A stretch of 64,000 nucleotides of DNA from Bigelowiella natans CCMP2755 (lineage: Eukaryota > Protista > Cercozoa), in NCBI GenBank assembly GCA_000320545.1, contig ADNK01001385.1, positions 1 to 64,000 on the forward strand. Reading direction: 5' to 3'. The notes below the pieces were generated by a model. The model did no database searches and had not been told where the DNA came from. It saw only the letters and a list, made by a program, of their open reading frames with translations. A program made the translations under genes and the position numbers. Below are positions 14,266-28,166 of this stretch, piece after piece (within the stretch, counting starts at the first letter, position 1; each line of letters begins with the position of its first letter).

Positions 14266-14850
14266 TCATGAGAACAAGCCGAGAAGCTCTTCCAGGATCC
14301 CCTTCGGTGCTTGCCGCCCTGTGAGAAAGATGGATCGTGATGAGGGTGATTGACACTGTTGTTGCCAATGGTGACAGCGACGAAATATTATAGAGTGCTT
14401 CAGTGCTTTGAGAAGGAGGAGAGAGATTAGATGAAGAAAGGGAGGAAGAGGAAAAGAAGCGGGTGGAAGTTGAAAGAGAGTGACGTATCGAGCCTACTCT
14501 AGCTACGCACCGAAGTAAATCTGGGCAATTCTGTGCAGATATTTATCGTACGCTGGATCCTGCAGAAGCGATATCTCGTACTTGTCGCTATTGTGTGCCA
14601 AAAAGAGCAAAGAATTAGATATAGTATTAGCAGACGAGTCGTGTGCATCCTCTTTTCTCTCCCATTTTGTGATTCCTCCCACCCCCCTCACTTACCACAA
14701 CATGTCGAATAGTGATAATGCTCTTCTTTCTATGCTGGTCAGTACTGTGAAGTAGAGGAACATGATCCAGTTAGAATAAGCAAAGGTTTGCGAGACATCG
14801 AAGAAAAACGAGCAAAGAACAGCAGATGCAAGTGCATGAGCGTGTACACA

Positions 14851-14896
<46 letters not shown>

Positions 14897-15089
14897 TGCA
14901 TGCGCGCGCGCGTATTGTGCATGTGCACCCGCTCGTTATTTTTTACGAAAATTTTTGAGCCAAAAATGGCAACTCATGTTTGAGAAACGGAGTTGAGACG
15001 ACGATACGCTCTCTTCTCAGGACGCATTTTCGTAAAAACACCATCTCGTCATTGACAGCAGCACAAATAGCAAACAGCGACACAATTAT

Positions 15090-15135
<46 letters not shown>

Positions 15136-15935
15136 TTGTAATTACAAAATCCAAGAAAGTTTATGAGTGGGGGCCGCACAGCCGCCTCAGCCTCAAATAA
15201 ATCCTGCCGATTATCTGTCCTAAGAAAGTCTTGTAATGACGTGGTAGTGGTGGTGGAGGAGGAGGGAGAGGATGGAGAGGCCGTGGTGTGGTGGTGATTG
15301 GAAGAATTCTCGTCGTCTTCTTCGTCGCATCGAGCAGCCTCCTTCCTCGCTTTGGTGATTTGGTCTTTATACGGCTGTATCTCGTCGAGAAACTTGACAC
15401 AAGACTGGCGAGGAAAGGATGGGAGGAGGTACAACCGATGGAGGAACAATCAACTTTAATGTCATGATATGATTGAGAAAGGACATTGACGAAAAGCCCA
15501 AGACAACGGGAGATCAAGCCATCCTACCCCCCTCTTTGAATTCCCATCTCCCGTTCTAACAACGGCCTCTTCTTCTCCTACCGCAACCATCCTACATCAA
15601 CCCCCCCCCCCTATATCATTCGTCCTTAATCATCATCATCATCATCATCATCACTGCAGCATGATTCCCATCTATCGCCATGCATGCACGATTGCTGGCT
15701 GCTACACCGCACCGAATAAAACGCCGAAGCATTTTTAAGATTTCCCTTGATGCAAAGATACTCCAGGACCCCACGTGCCACGAAAAGTTCTCTGAGGATA
15801 GGAGAGCGATGGACGAGGAGGAGGAGGAGGAGGAGGAGGCAGATAAATTAAACATATCTGTTGTGACATTCAAATTCAGATGCGTTGTACGACTACTTTA
15901 CATTACGATAATAAATTACTACTGCTACTTCCACA

Positions 15936-15981
<46 letters not shown>

Positions 15982-17941
15982 ATTACATTTCTTCAGGGTA
16001 GGTGCCCTCTTTGGCCCAATTCATGACGCATCTAAAGTGATAATAGTAATGATTGTAGTAGCAGTAGGTGAGTGGAGCACTAGTTAGAAGCAGCACCAAA
16101 ACTAATCCATTCAGGAAAAAGCGACTAATAGAGAGAGAGAGGGGGGGGGGAGGGAAGGCAAGATCATCATAAATTATAACTTATCCATCATAGCATGCTT
16201 TCTTGCGAATTGTTTGACAGTGCCACGACCTGGCATGATCCTGTGGTCTCGCTCCTCTCACGTAGTGTTTGTGTGCTTCAGCGTACAGGCAGTGTTGGTC
16301 GTAAAAGCGTGCGAGCTGCGTGTGTAGTCGTTGGTCTCCATGCGGATTTGACCCTTAGGATAAGGGGCAGGAGAAAGGACAGGGAGATGGAGAAAATCGA
16401 GATAAGAGGGTAGGCGGGGGTGGGGAGAGATATGCAACGAAACTAAAGCGTTTTGCTTATTTATCGAAGCTATGCAGTCCTCATCATTGATTGACTCTCA
16501 AGACGGACGAAGATCAGCTTGTTGCAAATGAAATTAACTGGCTTCTGTACCGCATTTCGAGGTCCATTGGATTGCTAATTTCATCATCTCGACCCTGGAA
16601 CACGGGGGCAGAGGGGAGGGGAAAATGAGGATCCACATATCCATTGTTATGTTAGTGATGTGACCATCATTGTACACGTAGTGTAAACAAGATGCTAATT
16701 CTAATAACCCCCCTCAACGCTTGTACTCCTCGTTGATTCATTCGCATCTTCTACTACGACGTCGACTCTACACGCAGATGCGACGAACAACCTTGGTTTA
16801 ACATCTGCCTTGCCGAACATATCAAAGAGGCTCTGGATTCGCACTGATTATTGAAATTCAAGAAAATTGGAATGAATGGAAAGAGAACCAGTCGCATTTA
16901 AGATTTAAAGATAGATCTTCCTTGCAAAGTGTGAAGGCACCTATGTCCTTGGCGAGGGGTGTGATCTTGTGGTCGATACCCTCTTGGATGTACGTGCATG
17001 CCAAGGACCCCCCTTCATTGCCCTGAGAGAGAATTGGAGAATCAATCTCAGAGAAGATAAGATTCCAACACACGCATTCAAGCTTGCGCTCCCACACCTG
17101 GCCAGCTTTGAGTAAGTCTCTCGCTCCGTTAAAGAGACCAGATAGGCCTTCAGTTCTGCAAAAAAAACAATTGAGGGATTGTCAGTGCAAACGCCGGGGC
17201 CCCATTCTCTGAAAAATACTCAAACCAGGTTCAGATATTATCATCATCATATCATCACCATCATCATCATCATCATCATCGTCGTCACCGCCACGGACAC
17301 ATTCTTACATGTCAGAACTCTTCAGCCTATGATACTGAGAGAGGATAAGCTGTATATTGTCAGAGTAAAAAGTACGAAAAAAGAATGATTATTCGTTTTT
17401 TCCTACGAGAAGACTACGAATCCCGTGAGACTGTGAATTTGATACTGAGATTACGCATGTACGGCCGATCCCTTAGTCTCATCCACTACTCTACTCAGGT
17501 GTGCATGAATTGCGCCTGTTATTATTTTCAGGAAACTGAGGTTACTTGGTTCGCGAGGTAAAAGTCCTCGTTCTGAATGGCGATCTCGATCTTCCTCTTC
17601 AGTTTTGCCGATGCATCCTTGCCACCCCTTCTTCGCCTTCGCCGGGTCACCGAACTTTTTCCCTCTTCCAATCCAGAAACTATCATCATCACAAATACAA
17701 CATTATAATTGATCTATTGCTGATAATGACGAAGGGAGTAAAATAAATCATAGAGGGGGGGGCTGCGAATCATATTCACTTAGGCGCAATCCGCCATTCA
17801 AACAACACAATCACACCACCCAATAGAAAATCAAAATGGAACGTCCTAAAATCACACACGCAAACAGTAAAACGCCATGCTAGTATCGGGACCATCGCAC
17901 CCTCCCCTTTCGCTGTGACTACCTTTCGCTCCGTGCGACAT
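14266..17941 (-). CDS. GET4: Golgi-to-ER traffic protein 4 (GET4/TRC35), multi-exon
   Basis: Exons KLKRKIEIAIQNEDFYLANQ, LFNGARDLLKAGQ, MMKLAIQWTSK, HGDQRLHTQLARFY..AHKHYVRG, FLARGVLEYLC, PPLINFL, YEISLLQDPAYDKYLHRIAQIYFG and GILEELLGLFS* follow the GET4 family pattern in order. Confidence 0.85.
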
Positions 17942-18536
17942 AGTTCCCCAGGCTGGGGGGGAGGCCAGACGAAGCAAGGATTCTAGGAGGAGTTAGATGT
18001 GCCACTCGTACATGTATTACGAGTACAACGAAGGCCGTTTATCATAAAAACGGAATAATACCGGGATACTTTATAAAATATTTTTCCTTATTCTATTATT
18101 AAGAATGCGATCTTTTCCTGATAGACGACAGCGAAGAACATTTATCGTCATGAAGTCAAAGCCGAACGCGAACGACAGTTGAAAGGCCGAACAAATGTCG
18201 AGATTCCGAAGTGAAAATATCCACCTGCGACATGGATATCATCTAAAGAATAGCATAAGACAGCCTATCTTTCTTTTCTTTTAATGAAATGACCGGCACT
18301 AACGCATCGAAAATGCGAGACCGTAACCGAGTAACTCATCTCTGCCTGTAGACAGATCAGAAAGAAGATTATGGAAGTGAAATCCTCATCGAGGTGAACA
18401 ACGAAAGAGGGTGCAGGCCAACAGCCAGGAGGGAACCGTGGCTATGATCCTACAGGGGGGGGAAATGAGAGAGGGGGGCATCATGCTTCGATTGCGACGA
18501 CTGATTTATGCATTTGGTTTCTCTTTAGGCACTAAG

Positions 18537-20194
18537 ATGATCAACTTCCACCGAATCAACGCCGGGGCGCTTTTTCCGGCGCTTTTCCTCCTCATCACGA
18601 ACCTCTGCGGGATTTATGGAACTTCGTCCAAGCAAGATTTTCTTACCCTCGCTATTGCACGAGTCGACCCCATCGTAGGGCCGCTCGATGGTTACAGCAG
18701 TCACATGCATACGTTCTTCGGCGCAAACTTCACCTCGTACAACGTGACTCTGCAAGACCTTCTCAGCGCGAAAGGCAACACTGGAAACGTGCTGGAGAAT
18801 AAAAGTCTATACTGGTACCCCACCATCTATCACTTCAACCTGGAGACGAGACTGTTCGAGATTGCAGAAATCTGGTTTCACTCGGCGTATTATGCTTGGG
18901 TTACTAACGAAACGAGAGCTTTCCCCGAAGGGTTCAGGGTATCACCATCATGATTAATATATGATCATTATATGCGTGTGGGACGAATGATATTATTTTA
19001 AGCATTTATGCCTACATCTGAGCTGGAACGATGCACATACTTTTGCTGTTTTCGCTGTCTGTTGGACTCCGCCCTTTCGTCCAAAGATGATATCAGGTGG
19101 AGATCCTGATATATATGGCGAGCAGGACTTTAACACCGGATGCACAGATCCTGGCCCATGTCCTGGAAATGACTGCAGTACGTTTGGAGACTACAGCACA
19201 TTTTTCCCGAAAACATCGTGCAAGGAGCTGCAGCTATTCCTCAAGATGCCTGAATGCTGGGACGGTGAGTGAAGGAGAGTATGCACATGCTTGCTTATGT
19301 CGTGTTCGTTCGAGTGTTTCCGATCTTGTAAGAAACCCTAAAGGTGGGGGCGGTGCAAACGTGCTCGAAACACGCTCTTCCCACTTGGTTGTGCAGTCCC
19401 TTTTTTTGTTTTTTTGAAATTAAATCTGTTCCTCGTCCTTTTTTACTGCTGTCCACTTGCCGCGCAGGAGTAAACCTGGATAGCGCTGACCATCGCAGCC
19501 ACGTGGCGCACGCGCAGCCCATTGGTTTAACAAACGGCACATGTCCCACTACTCATCCTGTGAAGCTCCCAACCATTCGAGTCTTCACGAGGATTTACAA
19601 CTACAAGGGCGGCTACCATATCTTCTCCGACGGCACGCAGTTCATGCATGCGGATTATATTAGCGGTTGGAACGAAACGTTTCTGCAGGCTGTACTTAAC
19701 AGCTGCTCAAACCCCTCAATGGATGCCGATCCAGACGCCTTCTGCGGGCCGCCCCTCACCTTCACTGATATCCCAGCGGGGGTGAGTAGAGATTGAAGAA
19801 TGTTTGACGTTGTATGGAAGCACCTTTGCATTTTAGAAAGGGGGGCGGGGGGGGCGGAGGGATATGGCTAGGGGAGAAATCGGTGTACTCTTAGTCGTTT
19901 TCCATCATGCCAGCCCCACGTTCACTTTAATAATCTCCCCTCATTGTTTCGCTCCTTTCCAACCGCAGACAACGGTCAAGGAATCCGCAGGGGTCGACGA
20001 GGACATCGTCTTAGCGCTTCAAGCTGTTCAACCGCCAAGCTTTGATACGAGCTCATTTGCGACAGAGCAAACAAATAATCTCCTGCGTCTACAGGGGAAC
20101 CCGACTATGTACCTCGCCTCTCAGCTGTCATCCTATTTGCAATCTCTAACCGGTACCAGGTAAGCAGCAGGCTCAAATCTTGCTTCCAACACAC

Positions 20195-20240
<46 letters not shown>

Positions 20241-20263
20241 AGTTTAATGCATGTATATATGAA

Positions 20264-20333
<70 letters not shown>

Positions 20334-20749
20334 TGTACGGTCGAATTAAATGCGTCGATAGAGACTTTCATTTGCTCGTAACGATTTCTCTTCTCTTATT
20401 TCTCTTTCTTCTCTTGATCCTCCTCCTCCTCCTCCTCCTCCTCCTCCTCCTCCTCGTTAAGTTCTCCGACAACTGCTCCTACCATTCAATATAAAGTTTT
20501 GTTCACAATTCCTTCTGTGGACATCTCTGAGGTAATGATGGCGCCTTGGCTGTCTCGACCGGAGCATTTCTCCCCTGTGTTTCTCTCCTTTCTATTTCGT
20601 TGGCTGCACCTCACTTGCTGCGCTCATGCTCACCAGGTCGACGCGACGTTCATCTCGACAATGAAGGATAATCTCGCTAGCCTTCTCAACGTGGCGGCCT
20701 CCATTATCAACCTCACGTACTTCTACTATTATGAGAAATACAAATAAAT

Positions 20750-20795
<46 letters not shown>

Positions 20796-20924
20796 CCATC
20801 AATACTCATCCTTCCTCCTGCTCCGCAAAATCGAAAACGATTATCGATGACGCCCTTCATCACGGCAAAGAAATTGAAATGTATTTGCATAATACACAAA
20901 CTCAGTTGAATCTCCTTTCCCTGC

Positions 20925-20971
<47 letters not shown>

Positions 20972-21306
20972 CCCCTCTTCTCTTCCGCTACCACAGTTTT
21001 GCCGCTGGATCTGTTGTTGCTACTGTAACGTTCACGTCATCGTCTGCCTCTGGCCAAACGCCGCAAGCCCTTGCCCAGAGTCTCAACTCGCAGGACTCCG
21101 CAGCTGTAATTGCATGCACCTTCGTTCATGATTCCAAAACGTCTAATTGCAGTGTGGAATGAAACTAAAAATGACGACGAAACAAACATTCGATAACTCT
21201 CGTTCGCGGTTCTCTCCGCTTTCTCAAAACCCTTTCTCACAAATAGTAGCTAGCTAATTTCAAAATTCATATCTAAGCGTACGAGGGAAGTGTTTTTGCA
21301 TTGGAG

Positions 21307-21345
<39 letters not shown>

Positions 21346-22216
21346 GCACGCAATGGCCGGCACGCTTCACCCATTCTTGGATGCTGGCTGATGTCCCCCA
21401 CGCCTGTCTTATTATACAACAAAATCATAACTTCAGATATCGACACAAATTGGCTATACGGTGACTGGCGTAACGTCGAATGCGGTCTCTCCTACCCCTC
21501 AATCCTCAGACGGCGGTTCTGATAGTGGCGGAGGCGGAGATGAAACCAGTGAGGAGAGAGGGAGGGGGGCAGGATGGGAAGTAGCGGCATTCGATGATGG
21601 ATGGTGTTGAATGATGATGGGTGGTGTTATCTTTGACCCGTGCTCCTTCAAAATACATTTGATCATTTGCATGCTTGGATTTGCGCCGCTATATTGCAGC
21701 AAGCAATAACCAATTTTGCTGCCGCCTATTGTCACCGAAATCAGTCCCTTATTTTCTCGCCACCCCCCCCCCCTTATAGTTCCCATTATTGCCGCTGTCG
21801 TCGGAGTTGTGGTGGCTATTGCTGTCGGGGGATTTATCTATTATCGCTGCCACCAAGAAAGCGTTGTGAGTCCTGTGTACCAGAAGGTTGGTAGACATAT
21901 ATCACCCTCCTCGTCTTTTGCTGCTTCTTTTCCTTGTGTTGTCAAACTTGAAAATAACAGTATACTTGCGCTACTCGCCGCCCTCCTGGCCGGCACCTCT
22001 CTCTTTTTCCACCATTATGTCCCAGCGATTAGAAATACAACCAAAAACACGATCGCATCGTCTGTTTGTTCTCCTACACTCCTCCCTCAGGATCCAGTCC
22101 CCAGCAACCAGGTGTCAGAGGTCACCCCTGCGCATGAAAGCGACTCTGGTGTGGTCGGGTTTGAGCTGTCTAGTCCCGTGCCTTCGCGCCGGAACCCGAA
22201 ATCAGGGGTTGTTTAG
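18537..22216 (+). CDS. DUF1996-domain protein with signal peptide and C-terminal transmembrane helix
   Basis: RVDPIV..SSHMHTFFG, NKSLYWYPTIY, MPECWDG|VNLDSADHRSHVA, CPTTHPVKLP and HADYISGW are DUF1996 motifs. TM segment IVPIIAAVVGVVVAIAVGGFIYYR at ~21780-21845. Confidence 0.85.
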
Positions 22217-22862
22217 CACTTGTGCGTTTGTGTTCGCGCGTCCCTTGTATATATTCCCGTACTTAATATACATCGACTAGCTATGCCATGTTGTCTGTGC
22301 GGTTTTGGACCTTATAGATAAAAAAATTGAACATCTAGGAAAATATATATTCTTTTATGAATTGTATGTAGAGCTCCACTCAGTTTATTCTATTTGCTTA
22401 ACATTTTACCTCTCAAAACGGAAAATTTTCGACATTCCACCTGCTTCGTGTATCGACTTGCTTCATGGGTATCGGTGCTTCTGCCCTGCCGCCAACGTGT
22501 GGTGCGCGCTGTATGCCACATTAATTATGCAGCGGCGCATTGTGTAAGCACCAAAAATAAATGAATAATAATGCATGCGTGCGTACGTAGACCCCAACCG
22601 TACGCATGTACAAAGCATATACCCACACAAATGACAGCTAGAGCGTGATTCATGTACCCGATGATGGCAGTTTTAAAGTGGTTCGTTGACTGCTACATTT
22701 GCACGTAGCGCGTCATTGCATCATGCACGCACAGCATCATGCACTGCACCCTGCGATGCACTGCGTGGCATGATACTCATTACGTATTATGCAATTCAGT
22801 CATTTTTGAAATTCTACAAATTCAAGATGTTGACGCACAAAGTGTCAGCTGTAGAGGCGCGT

Positions 22863-23567
22863 TTACTTTGACCATACTGCATTTTCTTCTCCCAGGCCTG
22901 GAGGTGGGCCCATCCGGAAGAATGGAAATTCTGTTTGAACCGAGTTCTTGACTTTAGTGTCGAACATTTGACTATGAGTTTGCGTCTTCTTTGCCTCAAG
23001 CGGGACAGGCTTTTTCCTGAAATGCTCTTCAGTGAACATAAAGCATTCTTCTTCTTCTTCCTCTTCTTGATCACGATGCGTCAACTGAGGGACATCGCTC
23101 TGATCTGTTTGAACCGAGGTCTTGTCGTTACTGTTGAAGAAGCTTTGATTTTGCAGTTGGCTTGCACGCTCCTCTAGCTCATTACTGGGCTCCCAAGGAG
23201 ATGAACACGAGCTTGTGTCATCGTCAGTTTGATCCGTCCTTGACCATACTGCATTTTCTTCTCCCAGGCCTGGAGGTGGGCCCATCCGGAAGAATGGAAA
23301 TTCTGTTTGAACCGAGTTCTTGACTTTAGTGTTGAACATTTGACTATGAGTTTGCGTCTTGTTTGCCTCAAGCGGGACAGGCTTTTTCCTGAAATGCTCT
23401 TCAGTGAACATAAAGCATTCTTCTTCTTCTTCCTCTTCTTGGTCACGATGCGTCAACTGAGGGACATCGCTCTGATCGATACTGAAAATCGAGACAAATT
23501 CCCTTGGATCATCATGTTGATCTTCAATTGACATGTGGCATTTCATGCTCTCCCTGATAAATGCCAT
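22863..23567 (-). CDS. Orphan 234-aa ORF with internal duplication (gene or pseudogene)
   Basis: Open ATG-to-stop frame containing two near-identical ~79-aa modules (DQSDVPQLTHRDQEEEEEEECFMF...GLGEENAVWS). No family recognised. Confidence 0.35.
   Translation of the reverse strand: MAFIRESMKCHMSIEDQHDDPREFVSIFSIDQSDVPQLTHRDQEEEEEEECFMFTEEHFRKKPVPLEANKTQTHSQMFNTKVKNSVQTEFPFFRMGPPPGLGEENAVWSRTDQTDDDTSSCSSPWEPSNELEERASQLQNQSFFNSNDKTSVQTDQSDVPQLTHRDQEEEEEEECFMFTEEHFRKKPVPLEAKKTQTHSQMFDTKVKNSVQTEFPFFRMGPPPGLGEENAVWSK
22868..23477. repeat. Direct duplication of ~238 bp with 372-bp period (22868-23105 and 23240-23477)
   Basis: Near-identical blocks visible directly in the sequence, with only a few substitutions. 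Confidence 0.92.
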
Positions 23568-24143
23568 CGTAAATGTGCTTCCTTAATGTGCTTCAGTCCC
23601 TTCTTCGCTATCACTTGGTGTTCTGAGTTGTAATTTCCCTCCTGTTTTATTTTGTGGGCGGTCACAGGTCGGCTCGGCGCCTGGGAAAAGGAGAAAGAAA
23701 TTTTGTAACGTGCCACTCGTTCCGATTTGTGGACTGCGACAGCAAGATCAAACCCAAAGCATAAGAGACTGTGGGGGATTTTGGTAAGAACTGTTGAGGG
23801 TACTAGGTTTGATTTATGGCGACAATCAAATATGGCCATAAACCATTCAAAAGGGCCTCTAAAAAGCAAGCGAAAAATGTAACATGCAACCATACATTTT
23901 GCTTTAGATCCCAAATCTAATCCCGGGATTACAAATGAGATTCAATTAAAATGGATCTCAGGGAGTCTCGGAAAGAATCCCTTATCCAGGCAGGAAGGCA
24001 TGGGATTTCATGACGACGACAAGATAAATACGCTTAGTCCTGGAACTTCAACGTCAATCGATATGTTGCCGATAAAAATCGGCCCACCTTATTGTTGAAT
24101 ACAGTGGGTTTCCTGCCGGACAGAAGAAAGAAAGAACCAGCGG

Positions 24144-25076
24144 ATGGCTCCAGGCCGTGGTGCAGCGAGCTTGGTCCTCCTTTCAGCCCTCCTACACACC
24201 CGTGCGTTATCATCGACCTACAAGAGTAGAGTAGCTACTATGAGGTCTTCGATGAGAGGGGTGAGAAATCGGAGGGAATCTCGTGTGTCTACATTGACTC
24301 GACAAGCGCTGATGTTCCCTTCGGATGGCTGGAGACCAGTACCCCACCTGCCTCTCGGCGGCAGAAGCGAGACAACTGAGGTCAATTGCAAACACAAAGT
24401 GCTTCGCACTCCATTATTGTGAAAGCGTTTCCCCACCCTCCCCTATACCACCTGGCATTTTGATTTGTGCGACAGGTACCGCATTACGGAAGAAAAAGGA
24501 AACATGCCTTGCAACGTCGCCTTGGCGTACTGCTCGCCTGCATCCGAGGAGGGGAGAGAAATTCCTTAGCCTCTACCATGACATCTTCTTCTTCTTCTCC
24601 TCCTTCTTCCTCTTCTTCTTCTCGTTATTCCTCCTCCTCCTCCCTCCTCCTCCCTCCTCCTCCTTCTCCTCCTCCTCCCTACCAATTGTCACTGGGAATC
24701 ACAAATTGCAATCGTCGAAGAGTAATGCATTTGCATCTTCGTTCAACACCGTAAGCTCTTCTAGCCGACCCAACAGCGCATGTGGAGCTACAGTGGAAAG
24801 GTCAATTCGTGTCTTAGAGTTGCCCTTGTCGACGCGATATCTTCTATGTTCTCATTGCCTTGCTTCTCTCATCACCATACAAAGTCGATGATTTATGATT
24901 TGACACCCACAGCGATACGAAAGTATACGAGCCTGCACCCACCCCACTCGATCCGGCGACAACTGAGCGTTTTTCCATTGCACCGATGATGGATTACACG
25001 GACAGGCACTTCCGCTATCTACTCCGCATGATCACGAAGAAGGTAATTATGGTGGTAGTGGTGGTATAAATAATCA

Positions 25077-25120
<44 letters not shown>

Positions 25121-27512
25121 GTGTGTAAACAATATAGCACGTAGATACGAAAAATCTTACGATGAACGATGCTTAGGCATGGCTGTACACAGAGATGGTG
25201 ACTTCCGAGGCGGTAAGATTAGAAGTATCAGTCGATTTAGTCACGACCGAAAACTAACAGCAATGAGAATTATTGGAATCCCTTCTTACAACTTACCTAA
25301 AAAATTTTAACATAACAAAAATGCGCGCATGAAGGCGTGTTTTTGTCGCCTGTATCGCGCGTGTGTGAAGTTTCGCTGCACCTTAATCTTAATTTTATAC
25401 TCGATTTTGATTTTGTGCGAAGATCATCCACGGGGATTCCGACCGTTTTTTGAACTACAATTGCGAAATTGAGCATCCAGTAGCCCTCCAGGTAGCAATG
25501 AAAAATATATACATTTACACTGAAAGAAGGCAGATCGAGAGAGAACGAACACATCTCCGTGCAAATCCACCACCATCACCACCACCATCGTCATCGTATT
25601 TTCAATACAAATTTCGTATAAGAAGTGACGACCAGCTATTTATTCAATATCGTCCATATTTACTCTCCATCTCTCTCTCTCTCTTCTTCATCGTTGTCTC
25701 CCCTTTGCACCTCCTCCCCCCTCGCCTCCCCTTCTCCTCGTCTTCCCTGCGAATATATATTAGTTGGGAGGGTCTTCGCCAGAGAGCCTGGCAGCTGCTG
25801 TCAAGATCGCACTTCGGTACAACTACGACGCCATCAATCTCAACTGTGGATGCCCCAGCGACAAGGTCACCGTGTTAAGGGAGATAATAAGTTACAACCC
25901 GTCTCTGCCTGCACGCCTATCGTTGATCTTGCTCATTATGAAAGTCATCGTCCTGGTTATCGTCGTCGCTCCTTGCTCAGGTGTCTGGCAAGGGTTGCTT
26001 TGGCGCCGCACTCATGCGTGAACCCGAGCTCACACAGGTGTTGCTTCGTGCTCGTTGTGAGCAAGAGAAAGAAGTAGAGGAGAATGTGGGGGAGAACATT
26101 CTCTGCATCTTCTCCAAGTGCTGCTGCTGCTGCTGCTGCTGCTACTACCACTACCACCTGGACGATATTCTAGTTATAGCATGTGTTAGACGGAATTTCT
26201 GAGTAAATCTTGTATTCGTTCAGGAGCTCTGCAAAAATATGTTTGAGGCGGCACGATCTGGCGCATCTCCATCCTCATCGTCCACTATAACCCCCTCCCC
26301 TCCACCAGTTACGGTGAAGTGCAGAATCGGAGTCGATGATAATGATAGTTATGAGGTAGGTATCCGATGAACGGACATACATATAAGACTGTGCTTCACG
26401 AATTTATTGTCCTGGGCGTCGTGATTCGGTGTTTGTAGGACTTAAGGCACTTCGTGGAAACGCTGGAGAAGGCAGGAATCACGCATTTCATCATACATGC
26501 TCGGAAGGTGGGGACAGGACGCATCATTTCTTAAATAATTTTTGCATCGTTGGTAGGAAAAATAATGGTACCCTAAATATGTAATTTCTCTCTTCTCCCC
26601 CCCCCCTCCCCCCCTCTCTCATTCTTATTATTCAAGGCCATCCTGAACATGAAACTAACGCCGAAGCAGAACCGCGATATTCCTCCCCTCCGATATGAGA
26701 TCGTAATCATACATTCACGCAGACTTAATATGGTTTTTGTGTTTTTTGCGAGTCCTCTTCACCTCCCCCCCCCCTCTTCCTCACCAGCTTCTTTCACCCT
26801 CCCTCCCCTTTCCAGGTTCACAAATTAGCTCGAGATCTTCCGCATCTAACATTTGTGCTCAATGGAGGGTAGTAGGGTTCAAAGTGGAGGGGGAAACAAC
26901 AGATTGTGCTTTTCAGGGCTGTCTCGGGGGGAAGGGGGGCGGGGAATCACACCTTTCGTGATGATAGAGAGCTATTTGTAGTGGAACATGCTCGGTGGTG
27001 ATTGAATGGCGAGTAAGGGGCTCATTATTCCCACCCCCCCCCCCCCCCCCGTTTTTTGCCAGAGTGAAGAGCTACGAGGAGACGGAGAAGTGTCTGAATA
27101 GCGGCAGTGGCGTCGTTGGCGTTATGGTCGGCAGGGAGGTCGATCATGATTACGATGATACGCATGCTTGGAGTGTACGTGTTGGGGGATGGTAGTTGGG
27201 GTAGTTGCAGAAATAACTTTAAACAAACACTTACGATGAGGAATTTATGACGATGTCCGTGCAGCAGGGTCTGTAGCCTATTATTATTTTTAAATGAGCT
27301 GCAGCAGCTAGTGAATCATCCGATATTGCCTCTACCTACCTACCTAAAAATTGAAATGATGCATTATCCATCTTTCCTTCTTCCCTCTACTCTCGCCGCC
27401 ATCAAGATTCTCAACAGGCCGTGGTACTGGGGCGACGTGGACCGACGTCTCTACGGGGCTGAGAATCCTGGAATCAGTCGAAGAGAAATCCTAGGCAACT
27501 ACTCGGTACAAT

Positions 27513-27544
<32 letters not shown>

Positions 27545-28166
27545 TTACAACTACTACTCGATTAGTGCACGTGCATCACCTGCTCAGTCTTACAGGTGGA
27601 GGGCGCAAAATGCAAGATTTTCTTTCTTGTTGCCATGTTTCAGATCCATTCTTGTAGCCTGCACCCAACTTGTCTTAATTCCCGCTCCGAAAAGCCGCGG
27701 CACACGAGTCGTTGCTGCTATTATTGCTGCTTCTAGTTGTTGGGCTTATCTTCTAAATATGCTGGTTGATACCTTTATTCTCTGCTTCAGAACTACGCGA
27801 CACATGAGATGGCAGCGCATCCAAAGCTGGGTCTCGGAACCATACTAAAGCCCATCCAAAACCTCTTTATTGGGGAGAGAGGCGCCCGAATGTATGCGTA
27901 CGATAGATAATTTAGTCAACTAATTGGATGCTGTATGGAATGCAATCTTCTATCCTAATCGTTATGGCCATTTTGATAGACTTAATCAAACGTTCGGAGA
28001 GTATCCCTCCTCATGTACACATACCTTATCCATGGGTTCTGGATATGCTTCCGTCAGGTACCGTCGAGTGTTGGCCGAAATGTCCGCAAAGAAGTTTCCG
28101 GTGCAGGACATCATTAGAAATGCCACTGCGTGCATTGGAGATGAGGATCTAGATAAGCGTTGGTGA
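24144..28166 (+). CDS. dusA: tRNA-dihydrouridine(20/20a) synthase DusA, with bipartite (signal + transit) leader, probably plastid-targeted
   Basis: FSIAPMMDYTDRHFRYLLR, LYTEMV, EHPVALQ|LGGS, INLNCGCPSDK|VSGKGCFGAALM, PVTVKCRIGVDD, HFIIHARK, NRDIPPLRYE, GVMVGR. The N-terminus MAPGRGAASLVLLSALL is followed by an Arg/Ser-rich stretch. Confidence 0.93.

Noticed and set aside
13818-14324. 168-aa plus-strand ORF
   Set aside because: No recognisable motif; it overlaps the GET4 last exon antisense and lies in degenerate intergenic DNA.
20269-20335. Compound (TA)n(TG)n microsatellites as partial TA->TG conversion products
   Set aside because: Such compounds are common in many genomes through slippage and cannot be polarised here.
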